Of a DNA stretch of 49,763 nucleotides, positions 39,647-49,562 are shown in pieces. The DNA lies in assembly GCA_003151625.1 (NCBI GenBank), contig PLYC01000023.1:416-50178 (forward strand), read 5' to 3'. The position numbers and the translations under genes are program-made. Within the stretch, counting starts at the first letter, position 1, and each line of letters opens with the position of its first letter. Under the pieces are notes generated by a model. The model saw only the letters and a program-made list of their open reading frames with translations, was not told where the DNA came from and ran no database searches. Source of the stretch: Candidatus Doudnabacteria bacterium (GTDB lineage: Bacteria > Patescibacteriota > Doudnabacteria > UBA920).

Positions 39647-39811
39647 ATAAAGGTTCCTCGGAGCTTAAGCTCTCGAGCTATTAGTGCAATGAGCTGCCTG
39701 CATTTCGCAGTCCCGCCATCGGCGGGACGAAGTATTGAACCTGTATTAAGACTCCTTGGGCTCGGAAATGATATGCTGCATATCATTTCTCTCGCTCTAC
39801 GTCGCTAATAA
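39647..39811. repeat. modular element (family D, copy 1)
   Basis: ATAAAGGTTC...GAACCTGTATTA...CTCGG...CTCGCTCTACGTCGCTAATAA blocks shared with 46878-46954. Confidence 0.8.
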
Positions 39812-39897
39812 AAACGTTAACTTAAAATCCTTTCTCGCTTACTTGCGGGGCGGCCAGAAGTTATTCGCACCAAATGGTTACGAACCGTGGTTCGCTA

Positions 39898-40164
39898 CTA
39901 TCTTTTTAATACACCCTTAGCAATATACTGCTTCATTAAGGTTTGGTAAGGTACATCTAACTCGTTAGCCTGCATCTTAATACGGGCCATAATATGCGCT
40001 GGCATGCGGAGGGAAACAGACTGGGACGAGGGCTTTAAATTAGGAAAAACGCCACGGGGGGCTTTCAACCAATCAATATATTCAGTGGTATCGTGAGTAT
40101 GCCAAAACTTAGCCTCTTCGGCTTCGGTTTTAAATTTAGGGATTATTTTTAAGCGCTTGCTCAT
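39898..40164 (-). CDS. BrnA/CopG-like antitoxin
   Basis: IPKFKTEAEEAKFWHTHDTTEY...FPNLKPS...SLRMP...VPYQTLMK. Confidence 0.88.
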   Translation of the reverse strand: MSKRLKIIPKFKTEAEEAKFWHTHDTTEYIDWLKAPRGVFPNLKPSSQSVSLRMPAHIMARIKMQANELDVPYQTLMKQYIAKGVLKR

Positions 40165-40399
40165 ATATATTCCTTTCTTTCTTATTGGCTAACCGAGAGG
40201 AAATTACTCTCGCTTTATTATTTCTTGTGGTAAAAGCTATAACCAAAATTTTGTTGCTATTGGTTCTGCCCAACAATCGATAACGTTTCTCGTGCTGGCT
40301 ATGAACCGGATCAAATGATATAAAGTTGAGATTATAGAATGTTTCTTCGGCTTCCAGGACGGTTTTATCAAATAATGTGTCCGTAAATATTTTGCTTAA
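40136..40399 (-). pseudogene. 5'-truncated BrnT-family toxin
   Basis: Start-less open frame ...EAEETFYN...DPVHSQHEKRYRLLGRT...LVIAFTTRNNKARVISSRLANKKERNIYE; lacks the N-terminal FEWD...KH segment. Confidence 0.8.
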
Positions 40400-40402
40400 T
40401 TA

Positions 40403-41179
40403 TTAAATTACGACTTTGGGATACATCCAGGCGCTTATTATGGAAATAATAAGAGTGGCAACGGCCAGTACCAGAATGTCAAAAGGCAGTTGCACCATAT
40501 TGCCAGTGATAATCAACCCCCTCAATCCGTCTACCATATAGCTTAAAGGGTTAACGTTCGCCACTACCTGAAGCCAATGAGGCATAATGGATATCGGGTA
40601 AATGGCGCTGGAGGCAAAAAACAGCGGCTGTGTAATGACCTGGCCAATGCCCATAAAGCGTTCGCGGGTTTTGACAATAGAAGCGATAATCATAGACAGG
40701 CCGGTAAAAAATCCGGCGCCGAGCATAATAATAACAAAAACGCCGAGCAACGACCAAAGCGTTACGTGCAGCTGAATGCGCAGGATTAAAGCAAACAAAA
40801 ATATAATAATGGCCTGCGACAGGCCGCGCACTCCGGCTGAAATCATCCTGCCCCAAACCAGAGCCAGGCGCGGAGTTGGGGTAACAAGCAATTTTTGCAA
40901 AATGCCGGTATCGCGATCCATAATTATGTATAGTCCATAAAAAATGGCAACGAACACCACTGACTGCGTCAAAATACCCGGGGTAAGGAACTGCAAATAC
41001 GTATAGCCCTGGGTGGGAATGGCGCGAATTTTGCTTAATGCTTCCCCAAAAATACCAAGCCACAAAATAGGCTGTAGAGCGCGGGAAATAAGTTCGGTGG
41101 GGTCGTGCAGTAGTTTGCGAACTTCCATTTCCGCTAAGATGTAAGATTTACTGATGGTTTTGATAATGTAGTTAAACAT
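40403..41179 (-). CDS. ABC-2 type exporter permease (DrrB-like)
   Basis: YLQFLTPGIL, DRDTGIL...LVTP, IYPISIMP, NPLSYMVDGLR. Confidence 0.92.
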   Translation of the reverse strand: MFNYIIKTISKSYILAEMEVRKLLHDPTELISRALQPILWLGIFGEALSKIRAIPTQGYTYLQFLTPGILTQSVVFVAIFYGLYIIMDRDTGILQKLLVTPTPRLALVWGRMISAGVRGLSQAIIIFLFALILRIQLHVTLWSLLGVFVIIMLGAGFFTGLSMIIASIVKTRERFMGIGQVITQPLFFASSAIYPISIMPHWLQVVANVNPLSYMVDGLRGLIITGNMVQLPFDILVLAVATLIISIISAWMYPKVVI

Positions 41180-41181
41180 AA

Positions 41182-41982
41182 TTAGTGGAGTCTTTGTTCC
41201 GTTTTTCTGGCACGGCGGATTTCGCGAAAATTTCCGCTAGTTTCCAGCTGGTTGCCTGTAAAATAAATAAACGCGTCATCCAGGCTGGCATCGGGTTTGC
41301 CGGTTTTAGCTTTGAGTTCGGCGACCGTGCCGATGACGGCAATTTTTCCCTGGTTCATAATGGCTACGCGGTCGGCCACCAAATCGGCTTCTTCCATATA
41401 CTGAGTGGAAAAAAAGATGGTGATGCCAAAAGTTTTACGCAGTTCCAGCACGCGCTGCCAGACGTTTTGGCGGGCTATTGGGTCAAGACCCGTGGTAGGT
41501 TCGTCCAAAAATAAAACGTGCGGCCGATGGAGCATAGCTTGGCCTATTTCCATTTTACGGATCATACCGCCGGAAAACGTTCTGACTAAGGAGTCGGCAT
41601 GGTCTCCCAAACCGAGAAAATCCAAGACTTCTTTAATGCGCGTTTTTCTTTCTTTTCTTGGCACTTCGTAGAGCCGTGCCATAAGCATTAAATTCTCGTA
41701 AGCCGTTAGCGTACCGTCAACGGAAATGCTTTGGGGAACGTAGCCGATAGCATTGCGGACATCAGCCGAGTGAGTAACTACGTCATATCCATCTACAGCG
41801 GCTTGCCCGCTGGTCGGTTTCAAAAGCGTAATTAGCATTTTAATTGTTACGCTTTTGCCGGCGCCATTTGGCCCCAAAAACGCGAAAATTTCCTGCGGCA
41901 TAACGCCAAAGGAAATATTATCGACGGCTGTAAAGTCGCCAAACCTCTTGGTTAAATTTTTTACGTCAATAATGTCTGACAT
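41182..41982 (-). CDS. ABC exporter ATP-binding subunit (DrrA-like)
   Basis: GPNGAGKS, FSGGM, LFLDEPTTGLDP; the H-loop reads STQY rather than STHY. Confidence 0.95.
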   Translation of the reverse strand: MSDIIDVKNLTKRFGDFTAVDNISFGVMPQEIFAFLGPNGAGKSVTIKMLITLLKPTSGQAAVDGYDVVTHSADVRNAIGYVPQSISVDGTLTAYENLMLMARLYEVPRKERKTRIKEVLDFLGLGDHADSLVRTFSGGMIRKMEIGQAMLHRPHVLFLDEPTTGLDPIARQNVWQRVLELRKTFGITIFFSTQYMEEADLVADRVAIMNQGKIAVIGTVAELKAKTGKPDASLDDAFIYFTGNQLETSGNFREIRRARKTEQRLH

Positions 41983-41991
41983 ATTAAACTT

Positions 41992-42417
41992 TTAGATTAA
42001 GAGTCTGGTAAGAGAGTTGAGTAGCTGAGCCCTTTGTGTTTTATCCAGCCGCGACAGGCTAACAGCAAACGAATCCGATTTACTGACTTTAGGCACTTTT
42101 TTTAATACCGCGTGGCCGGCTTTGGTAATCTGCAACGGTGTTCGCCGCCGGTCTTTCATATCCACTGTTCTTTTTAAAAATCCTTTATTTTCCAAAATGT
42201 CGGTGGCAGCCACTAGCGTTGGGGGATTAATTTCCATTTCCAGGGCTATTTCTTGTAAAGTCAGGTTGCGGATTGCCAATAGCGCCAGCAGGTTATACGG
42301 CAGCGGCATGATGCCGAAGCCGGATTTGGCCAGCCTTTTTTTTAGGCTACCCCGCAGTTTTCGGGACAGTCTGATAATCATGTCGCGGATATTTTCAATC
42401 TCTTGTAAAGAATCCAT
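41992..42417 (-). CDS. MarR-family regulator
   Basis: wHTH with LENKGFLKR...DRR...ITKAG. Confidence 0.9.
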   Translation of the reverse strand: MDSLQEIENIRDMIIRLSRKLRGSLKKRLAKSGFGIMPLPYNLLALLAIRNLTLQEIALEMEINPPTLVAATDILENKGFLKRTVDMKDRRRTPLQITKAGHAVLKKVPKVSKSDSFAVSLSRLDKTQRAQLLNSLTRLLI

Positions 42418-42549
42418 TAAATTAATTCCATAATTTAATCATTAACCATGATAATTATTACATATCCCAATTAATTGTCAACTTTCTTGCCTATTTAATC
42501 ATGCCAAAAGATGCTAAAATAGTTATATTAATCTTTAATACGCAAACCA

Positions 42550-42975
42550 ATGGACGTAAAAGATAAAATTATGGATACCCATAATATAAAACAGCCTCTG
42601 GTAACTTGGACTTATATAGTTATTGGGTTGTTAGCAGCGGCACTTTTGGCCGTTGTGGTTTGGTTTGGTTTGGATGTTTTTAACCTCTATAAATTGGGCG
42701 TAATCAGACCCGCAGTATCCCGTATACGCAGACGGCCCGGTAGCCGGCCAACACTTGTTGCAAATCAAATTCAAGGTTGGATGACTTTTAGGTACATAGG
42801 GTATGTTTTCCATTTGCCGACAAATTATTTGGCGACAAATCTGAAAATTACCGACCCTAATTATCCAAACATTACTCTAAACAAGTACGCGAGCGGGCAG
42901 AACCTCAATGGCGCAACTTTTGTGCAATCAATCAGAGGGGCGGTAGCGGCTTACGAGGACGGTAACAGGCCATGA
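42550..42975 (+). CDS. hypothetical single-TM protein
   Basis: TM segment plus IQGWMTFRYI motif; 4-nt overlap with the DedA-family gene. Confidence 0.75.
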   Translation: MDVKDKIMDTHNIKQPLVTWTYIVIGLLAAALLAVVVWFGLDVFNLYKLGVIRPAVSRIRRRPGSRPTLVANQIQGWMTFRYIGYVFHLPTNYLATNLKITDPNYPNITLNKYASGQNLNGATFVQSIRGAVAAYEDGNRP

Positions 42976-43583
42976 ATTCACTTTTTCAGACAATCGTCAG
43001 TTACATCCTGATTTATCGGTATGTCACTATATTTGTCATTTCGTTTCTCTCAAGTCTTGGCGTCCCTTTGCCTGCCGCGGCCAGCACCGTTGCGGCCGCT
43101 GCTTTTGCGAGCCAAGGTTACCTGAATTTGCTTTTACTCGTGTTCTTTGGCGCGATTGGTAACATCGCGGGCGACTTGACCATGTATTGGCTTATGCGTC
43201 GCTACGGAAAAAAATTATTATTGTGGCTGCACTTGCGCAAACTGGCTGAATCTCCGTTGTTGCGCAATGTAGAAGAGACAGTGGAAACTTATAAGGCCGC
43301 GGTAATAATGGCCAGTCGTTTCCAGGATCAGGCGACTACTTTGGTGAACATAATTTCAGGTTTAGGCAAGATGGACATTAAGCGCTTCGCGCTGTTTGCC
43401 TCCATAGGAGACATTCTCCAAATCGTATTTTATGTTGCTATTGGTTTTGTATTTGCCGACAACTGGCAATCTGTATACAGCGCGGTCGGAAAATTTGGTT
43501 GGATAATTGCCCTAGTGCTTGCGATAGCAATCACCATAATTTCAACGCAAACGATTAAAAAGGTGCTTAAAAATAAAATATAA
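42972..43583 (+). CDS. DedA/VTT-family membrane protein
   Basis: GVPLP, GNIAGDLTMYWL.R.YG, SRF, SGLGKM..RF. Confidence 0.88.
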   Translation: MNSLFQTIVSYILIYRYVTIFVISFLSSLGVPLPAAASTVAAAAFASQGYLNLLLLVFFGAIGNIAGDLTMYWLMRRYGKKLLLWLHLRKLAESPLLRNVEETVETYKAAVIMASRFQDQATTLVNIISGLGKMDIKRFALFASIGDILQIVFYVAIGFVFADNWQSVYSAVGKFGWIIALVLAIAITIISTQTIKKVLKNKI

Positions 43584-43731
43584 GTTATGCAAAAATCCTT
43601 AATAAAATATTGAGGATTTTTGGTTAGCTCAGGGTCGCGTATATTGTTAGAACATTGCTTGTAGAGAATAGCTAACTTTTTTTGTAGATAAAAAACAAGC
43701 GCACACCGTCAGCAGTTAGTGCAGGGATGGG

Positions 43732-44109
43732 TTACACCAAGACTGAAAAAATTGAGATTACTACCCCAATCAAAACAGCATATAAGGTAATTTGGTTTCC
43801 TCTATTTTTATCCTTTATTTTCGATGATTCGTCGCCAACTTGCTGCGTAGTTCCGGGCGAGCCGAAATTGAAAACTCCTTTGCGGGCAAAACCAAAACAG
43901 AAGTGAAAATATGCCTGCAAAAAACCGGATGCGGACATAACCGCCGGGAAGAAAACAAACAATCGCCACCAAGAATTGACCCGTGCCCACATCAGCGCGG
44001 CGAGCAACACAACAGAAATTGCAAGACTAACCCAGCCAAACATTCGCCGACGAGAGATTTCCCCCGGTCCTATATTACAAACACCGGGAACATATTTGAT
44101 TTCAGTCAT
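43732..44109 (-). CDS. hypothetical membrane protein
   Basis: YVPGVCNIGPGEISRRR...GFLQAYFHFC; three TM segments. Confidence 0.75.
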   Translation of the reverse strand: MTEIKYVPGVCNIGPGEISRRRMFGWVSLAISVVLLAALMWARVNSWWRLFVFFPAVMSASGFLQAYFHFCFGFARKGVFNFGSPGTTQQVGDESSKIKDKNRGNQITLYAVLIGVVISIFSVLV

Positions 44110-44145
44110 ACGCGTGATTTATTTAAAAGTTTTTATGGTTGCGAA

Positions 44146-44748
44146 TTATTTTTTCGCGGCCTTCAGAGTTTGAGCGAGATAAATTAATTCGTTAAAGAAT
44201 GCCTCAAGGCGATCTCCCCTCATGCCTTCTCTTAGCGGTTTAAATAGCTCCGGGTTGGCAGGAACCTTTTCGTTCATAACGGCCATATAGACCTCTACGG
44301 GGATATGAATAGCACTCTTGATCGGATGCATTTGCAACTCAATGACTACTTGGCGCAATTGTTCAATGGAGCGGGCGCCTCCGGCATTACCGAAGCTCAT
44401 AAAGCCAACGGGTTTGTTGCCCCATTCAGGAAAAATGGAGTCTAAAGCATTTTTTAATACTCCCGGATAACCGTGGTTATATTCCGGAGCCACTATAATA
44501 AAAGCATCACCGTCTTTAATTTTTGCCGCCCATCTTTTAACGACCTCATTTGAATAGTTTTCTTTGGCCATAGCCGGAGACATCGGCTCGTCAAAAAATG
44601 GCATCGGGAAATCGCGCAGGTCAAGAAGTTTCGCTTCCACGCCCTCTTTCTTTTTGAGTTCATCAAAAATATAGCGCGCAGGTTTTTCGCTAAATCTGTT
44701 CTTCCTGGTACTGCCGATAATGATTTTAATTTTTAGTGTTGTATTCAT
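44146..44748 (-). CDS. NADPH-dependent FMN reductase
   Basis: IIGSTRKNR, PEYNHGYPGVLKNALD, KPVGF, GGARSIEQLR. Confidence 0.95.
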   Translation of the reverse strand: MNTTLKIKIIIGSTRKNRFSEKPARYIFDELKKKEGVEAKLLDLRDFPMPFFDEPMSPAMAKENYSNEVVKRWAAKIKDGDAFIIVAPEYNHGYPGVLKNALDSIFPEWGNKPVGFMSFGNAGGARSIEQLRQVVIELQMHPIKSAIHIPVEVYMAVMNEKVPANPELFKPLREGMRGDRLEAFFNELIYLAQTLKAAKK

Positions 44749-44827
44749 ATTAATATTTTTAATTAATAAATTTTTGGCTTCGCACTCGGGTATGAGACCG
44801 AGAGATTTTTCAATTTAAAAGTTAGGC

Positions 44828-46864
44828 TTACTCAGCCGAGCCTGCAACAAATTGGCTGTTGTATAACGATGCGTAAAAACCGTTTTTCGCAAGCAGCTCT
44901 TTATGATTTCCCTGCTCGACAATATTGCCGTCATTCATTACTAAAATTAGGTCGGCATCGCGAATGGTTGAAAGACGATGGGCAATAACAAAGCTGGTTT
45001 TGCCTTTCATCAGGTTTTCCATGGCTTTTTGGATCAACAGTTCGGTGCGCGTGTCAACCGAGCTCGTTGCCTCGTCCAAAATCAACATTGGGGTCTTAGC
45101 CAACATCGCTCTGGCAATTGTCAGCAGTTGTTTCTCGCCTTGGGAAATATTATCCGCTTCTTCGTTTAATTCCAAACCATAGCCCTGGGGCAACGCGTGG
45201 ATAAAGTGATCGGCATGGGCGGCTTGGGCGGCGGCAACTATTTCCTCATCAGTTGCATCCGGTTTGCCGTAAGCAATATTTTCACGGATCGTTCCATTAA
45301 ACAGCCAAGTGTCCTGCAACACCATGCCAAATAATTTTCTGACTTCCGCGCGCTTCATATCGCGGGTGTCAACTCCATCAATCTTAATCGCGCCTTTATT
45401 AACATCGTAAAATCGCATTAGCAGATTTACGATTGTAGTTTTGCCCGCACCGGTAGGACCGACAATAGCAATTCTTTGCCCCGGTTTAATATCGGCGCTA
45501 AAGTCCTTAATAATGATTTTGTCCGGGTTGTAGCCAAACACTACCTTGTTGAAATCCACCGCACCCTTTGAGCCTTCAAGCACGATATTTTTTTCATCTT
45601 CGGCGCTTTCTTCTTTCTCATCCAAAAATTCAAATACGCGTTCTGCGGCGGCGGCCGTTGACTGCATCACATTAGCGATGCTCGCCGTTTGGACTATTGG
45701 TTGATTAAACTGGTTGACATATTGAATGAATGCCTGGATATCGCCAATCTGTATTGTGCCCTTAATCGCCAGCCAGCCGCCAACCACCGAAACTCCCACA
45801 AAACCCAAATTGCCGACGAAGGTCATAATCGGCATCATTAATCCTGACAAAAATTGCGACATCCAGGCACTGCTGAAAAGCTTTGTGTTAATCTTTTCAA
45901 ATTTCTCGATTGACCGCTGCTGCCCGTTAAAAACACGCATAACATTGTGGCCGGCGTACATCTCTTCTATATGGCCGTTAAGCTCACCGAGGGAGTCCTG
46001 CTGTTCTTTAAAATAGTGCTGTGATTTTTTGATAATTACCGCAATTAAGATAAAGCTAAGCGGAACGAGTACCAACGAAACAAGCGTCATTTGCCAGGAG
46101 ATTGTAAACATCATAATCACAATCCCGATAATCATCGTGATTGAGGTGACAATTTGAGTCAAGCTCTGGTTTAGGGTTTGGCTCACGGTATCAACATCGT
46201 TTGTTACCCGCGACAAAGTTTCGCCGAAAGTTCTTTTGTCAAAATATGTCAAGGGCAGGCGGTTAATTTTTTCCGAAATGTCGCGTCGGAACTGATAGGT
46301 AATTTTCTGCGAAACGCCGGTCATAATCCAGCCCTGAATGTAGCTAAAAAGCGCGCTTAAAATGTAAAGGAGCAAAAGTTCAATAACAAAATACTTCAGC
46401 TTGCCAAAATTGATTTGCGGTCTTACCGAAAAATCCAAACTTTTAAGGCGATCAAGAATACTTGAAGAAATCTGCGCAAGCCTCGCGGGCGGCACATTTT
46501 GAAGCAACTGCGCGCCGGTCGTCCCGGGTGCAATCTTAAAAGTCTTGGGAAGAATGGCAATAATCTGGTCGTACGATTTCATATCAATAAAATCACTAAC
46601 AACCTGATTGGTCATATTGCCGAGAATTTTAGGGCTGGCGATGGCAAAAACCGTGCTGGCGATGGCAAAGACAAAGACAAAAATTATTGAAATCCAAAAC
46701 GGCTTCATATATGAAACCAGTTTTTTCATCGTCGCTGAAAAGTTTTTTGGCTTTTCAACCAGCGCCATTGCGGCGCGCCCGGCCCCGCCGGGCCCCATTG
46801 GCATTGCCGATTTTGGTTGGTTTGCGCCGGTCTTGGCTGATTGCAATTTAGGATCTTCGCTCAT
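44828..46864 (-). CDS. heterodimeric ABC exporter, subunit with consensus Walker B
   Basis: TMD plus NBD; GPTGAGKTT, ISQGEKQ, LILDEATSSVD, IAHRLST. Confidence 0.95.
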   Translation of the reverse strand: MSEDPKLQSAKTGANQPKSAMPMGPGGAGRAAMALVEKPKNFSATMKKLVSYMKPFWISIIFVFVFAIASTVFAIASPKILGNMTNQVVSDFIDMKSYDQIIAILPKTFKIAPGTTGAQLLQNVPPARLAQISSSILDRLKSLDFSVRPQINFGKLKYFVIELLLLYILSALFSYIQGWIMTGVSQKITYQFRRDISEKINRLPLTYFDKRTFGETLSRVTNDVDTVSQTLNQSLTQIVTSITMIIGIVIMMFTISWQMTLVSLVLVPLSFILIAVIIKKSQHYFKEQQDSLGELNGHIEEMYAGHNVMRVFNGQQRSIEKFEKINTKLFSSAWMSQFLSGLMMPIMTFVGNLGFVGVSVVGGWLAIKGTIQIGDIQAFIQYVNQFNQPIVQTASIANVMQSTAAAAERVFEFLDEKEESAEDEKNIVLEGSKGAVDFNKVVFGYNPDKIIIKDFSADIKPGQRIAIVGPTGAGKTTIVNLLMRFYDVNKGAIKIDGVDTRDMKRAEVRKLFGMVLQDTWLFNGTIRENIAYGKPDATDEEIVAAAQAAHADHFIHALPQGYGLELNEEADNISQGEKQLLTIARAMLAKTPMLILDEATSSVDTRTELLIQKAMENLMKGKTSFVIAHRLSTIRDADLILVMNDGNIVEQGNHKELLAKNGFYASLYNSQFVAGSAE

Positions 46865-46877
46865 ATTGGATTTTGGG

Positions 46878-46954
46878 ATAAAGGTTCTGAACCTGTATTA
46901 GTTCCTCGGCTCGCTCGGCCATAAATGGCCGGACTCGCTCTACGTCGCTAATAA
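46878..46954. repeat. family D element, copy 2 (overlaps the ABC gene stop)
   Basis: Shares exact 10-, 12- and 21-bp blocks with 39647-39811. Confidence 0.8.
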
Positions 46955-48742
46955 GGATGGGTTTTCTTTGCTTTCAATTTCGGCTTTCTCGCGATTAACG
47001 TCAATTTGGTAAGTTTCCAATTCGTCCTCCGAAAGTTGCGAGTAAGCAATTTCGCGATAAACGTCGCAGTCTTTGAGCAGCTGTTGATGAATCCCAACGC
47101 CTGCGATCTTGCCGTCGTCCAAGACAATAATTTTTTCCGCCGACAAAATAGTGGAAATTCTCTGCGCCACAATTAAAACGGTTTTATTTTGGGTTTCGCC
47201 TTTCAGAGCCTGGCGAAGCATTGCGTCCGTTTTAAAATCAAGCGCCGAAAAACTGTCGTCAAAAATGTAGATCTCGGGTTTTCTGACAATCGCCCGCGCA
47301 ATCGAAAGCCGCTGCTTCTGTCCGCCGGAGACATTAGCTCCGCCTTCGGCAATTGGCGCATTAAATTTACCCTCAAGATTATTAATAAATTCTTCAGCTT
47401 GTGAAGTCTCGGCAGATTTTTTCACTTCACTGTTGCTAGCCTCCGGCGCGCCGTATTTAATATTTGATTCCACCGTTCCGGAAAACAAAACGCCCTTTTG
47501 CGGTATAAAGCCTATCTTGGCATAAAGATCTTCTAACTTGTATTGGCGCACATCAACTCCATCAAGAAGAATTTCGCCGGAACTGACATCGTAAAACCTG
47601 GGAATTAAATTTATTAAAGTCGATTTGCCCGAACCGGTTGAGCCAATAAAAGCCGTTGTCTCGCCGGGGCTGGCTTTAAAAGAAATATTTTCCAATACCG
47701 GGGTATCGGCGCCGGGATAACAAAAAGTGACATTTTTAAATTCAACCACCCCGCCGTGGAAATTCTTGGCAGAAATTGGGTTTTTAGAATCTTTAATAAT
47801 CGGCTCCGTGTCAATTACTTCGTTGATCCGTTCTGCCGAAACCGAAGCGCGCGGCACCATAATAAAAACAATGGAAATCATCAGGAATGACATAATTATT
47901 TGCATTGCGTATTGGATAAACGCAATCATATTGCCGATTTCCAAATTGCCGGAATTAATCAAACCCGCTCCCATCCAGACAATTAGTACCGAGGTCAGGT
48001 TTAAAATCAACATCATCACCGGCTGCATAACCACCATCAGCCGGTTTACAAAAAGATTGGTTGCCGTCAAATCAACATTAGCTTTTTCAAATTTTGCCTG
48101 TTCAAGCTTTTCGTTGTTAAAAGCGCGGATGACGCGCAAACCGGTCAAGTTTTCCCTGGTTACCAGGTTGAGTCGGTCTACCAGCTTTTGTAAAATCTTA
48201 AATTTAGGCAGAGCAACGGCAAACATTACAAAAATTATCCCGAGCAAAATAGCGACAGCGAGAGCAATAATCCACGAAAGTGACGAAGCCAGATGATAAG
48301 CCTTGAAGATAGCCCAAATTCCCATAATTGGAGCCTGCAGTACCATTCTAAGAAGCAAAACCATTACCGTTTGGATTTGTTGAATATCATTGGTTGAACG
48401 GGTTATTAGCGAAGCGGTTGAAAATTTATTTATCTCAACCAGCGAAAAGCTTTCCACTCGGGAAAATACTTTGTTTCTAATGTCCCGGCTAAAACCGGTG
48501 GCAATTTTTGAAGCCAGGAAGCCGACTCCGACCGTACAGACGGCGCCGCCCAAAGCTATCAGGAGCATCAAAAGTCCGTTGTGAAAGATTAAGCCGGTGT
48601 CCGACTTGGCAATGCCGTCGTTGATAATCGCGGCCATATAGTCCGGCAACTCAAGCGTTGCCGCGACTGTGCCAAAAACCAGCGCGATCAGCGCTATCAT
48701 CTGGAGAGTGTACGGTTTTAAGTATTTAAAAAGTTTAAGCAT
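46940..48742 (-). CDS. heterodimeric ABC exporter, subunit with degenerate Walker B
   Basis: TMD plus NBD; GSTGSGKST, VSGGQKQR, IFDDSFSALD, VAQRIS (degenerate site typical of TM287/288-type pairs). Confidence 0.95.
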   Translation of the reverse strand: MLKLFKYLKPYTLQMIALIALVFGTVAATLELPDYMAAIINDGIAKSDTGLIFHNGLLMLLIALGGAVCTVGVGFLASKIATGFSRDIRNKVFSRVESFSLVEINKFSTASLITRSTNDIQQIQTVMVLLLRMVLQAPIMGIWAIFKAYHLASSLSWIIALAVAILLGIIFVMFAVALPKFKILQKLVDRLNLVTRENLTGLRVIRAFNNEKLEQAKFEKANVDLTATNLFVNRLMVVMQPVMMLILNLTSVLIVWMGAGLINSGNLEIGNMIAFIQYAMQIIMSFLMISIVFIMVPRASVSAERINEVIDTEPIIKDSKNPISAKNFHGGVVEFKNVTFCYPGADTPVLENISFKASPGETTAFIGSTGSGKSTLINLIPRFYDVSSGEILLDGVDVRQYKLEDLYAKIGFIPQKGVLFSGTVESNIKYGAPEASNSEVKKSAETSQAEEFINNLEGKFNAPIAEGGANVSGGQKQRLSIARAIVRKPEIYIFDDSFSALDFKTDAMLRQALKGETQNKTVLIVAQRISTILSAEKIIVLDDGKIAGVGIHQQLLKDCDVYREIAYSQLSEDELETYQIDVNREKAEIESKENPSLLAT

Positions 48743-48747
48743 AACGG

Positions 48748-49185
48748 TTATTTAGTAAATCCTCGAAACTCGGACATTTTTTTAACCAAACGAATCAGTT
48801 CCTTCGTGTCCTTTTCTCCCAGAAATTCAGCAAGGATTTGGGTTTTTTTGGCAAATTCTTTTTTTAATGCCACTACTTGCTCACGCCCTTTTTTAGTCAG
48901 CTCAATAAGGACGACCCTTCTATCACCGCTGTCAGATAGGCGCTTTACTAAATCCTGTTTTTCCAGGGTATTTATTTGGTGGGTAACCGCCGCCAGAGTG
49001 ACACCGATCTTGTTGGCGATTTCCGATATCGTAATCGGCTGGCCACTCTTTAGTTCGTAAATCAAAAACAGGACGTGCTTTTCGGCACCCTTTAAATTTG
49101 AACAGTCGTGCTTTAACGTATTTGACCTTTTTAGCTGACCAACAACGTTTTGCAGCTCAAAAGCTAATTCTTGGCTGGATTGCAT
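48748..49185 (-). CDS. MarR-family regulator
   Basis: ISEIANKIGVTLAAVT...LEKQDLVKR...DRRVVLIELTKKG. Confidence 0.93.
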   Translation of the reverse strand: MQSSQELAFELQNVVGQLKRSNTLKHDCSNLKGAEKHVLFLIYELKSGQPITISEIANKIGVTLAAVTHQINTLEKQDLVKRLSDSGDRRVVLIELTKKGREQVVALKKEFAKKTQILAEFLGEKDTKELIRLVKKMSEFRGFTK

Positions 49186-49246
49186 ATACTTTACTTGATA
49201 AAAAGTTTACTAAGTAAAGTATATGGTAAAAAAAATAATCTGTCAA
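49183..49246 (-). promoter_or_regulatory. marR promoter with inverted-repeat operator
   Basis: TTGACA-17-TATACT; the CATATACTTTACTT/AAGTAAAGTATATG inverted repeat spans the -10 to the start codon. Confidence 0.7.
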
Positions 49247-49363
49247 ATATTACTATAACTTTCCTGTAGGAATACCATTATGCATTGGCCGGCATGAGGT
49301 GCGTTAATTTAGAAAAATTGTCGCAGGATGTGTCTCGTCCAGCGATAATCTCTTCATTCCAAC

Positions 49364-49391
49364 AAAAAAACCGCCCATGGGGCGATTTTTT
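49364..49391 (-). terminator. terminator downstream of 16S rRNA
   Basis: Minus strand AAAAAATCGCCCCATGGGCGGTTTTTTT, about 170 nt after the 16S 3' end. Confidence 0.7.
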
Positions 49392-49562
49392 ACATACATT
49401 TTAACCTTTAACGGCTAAATAGTGATTAGAAGGTACAACACCAATGCTTACATCAAAAGTTGATTCAAGAAGCGCTAATTTTCGAAAAAATTAACGACGA
49501 CCTATGGAATGTATGACAACAGGCACCTTCGAAAAGGTATCAGGTCATATATTTTATTCCTT

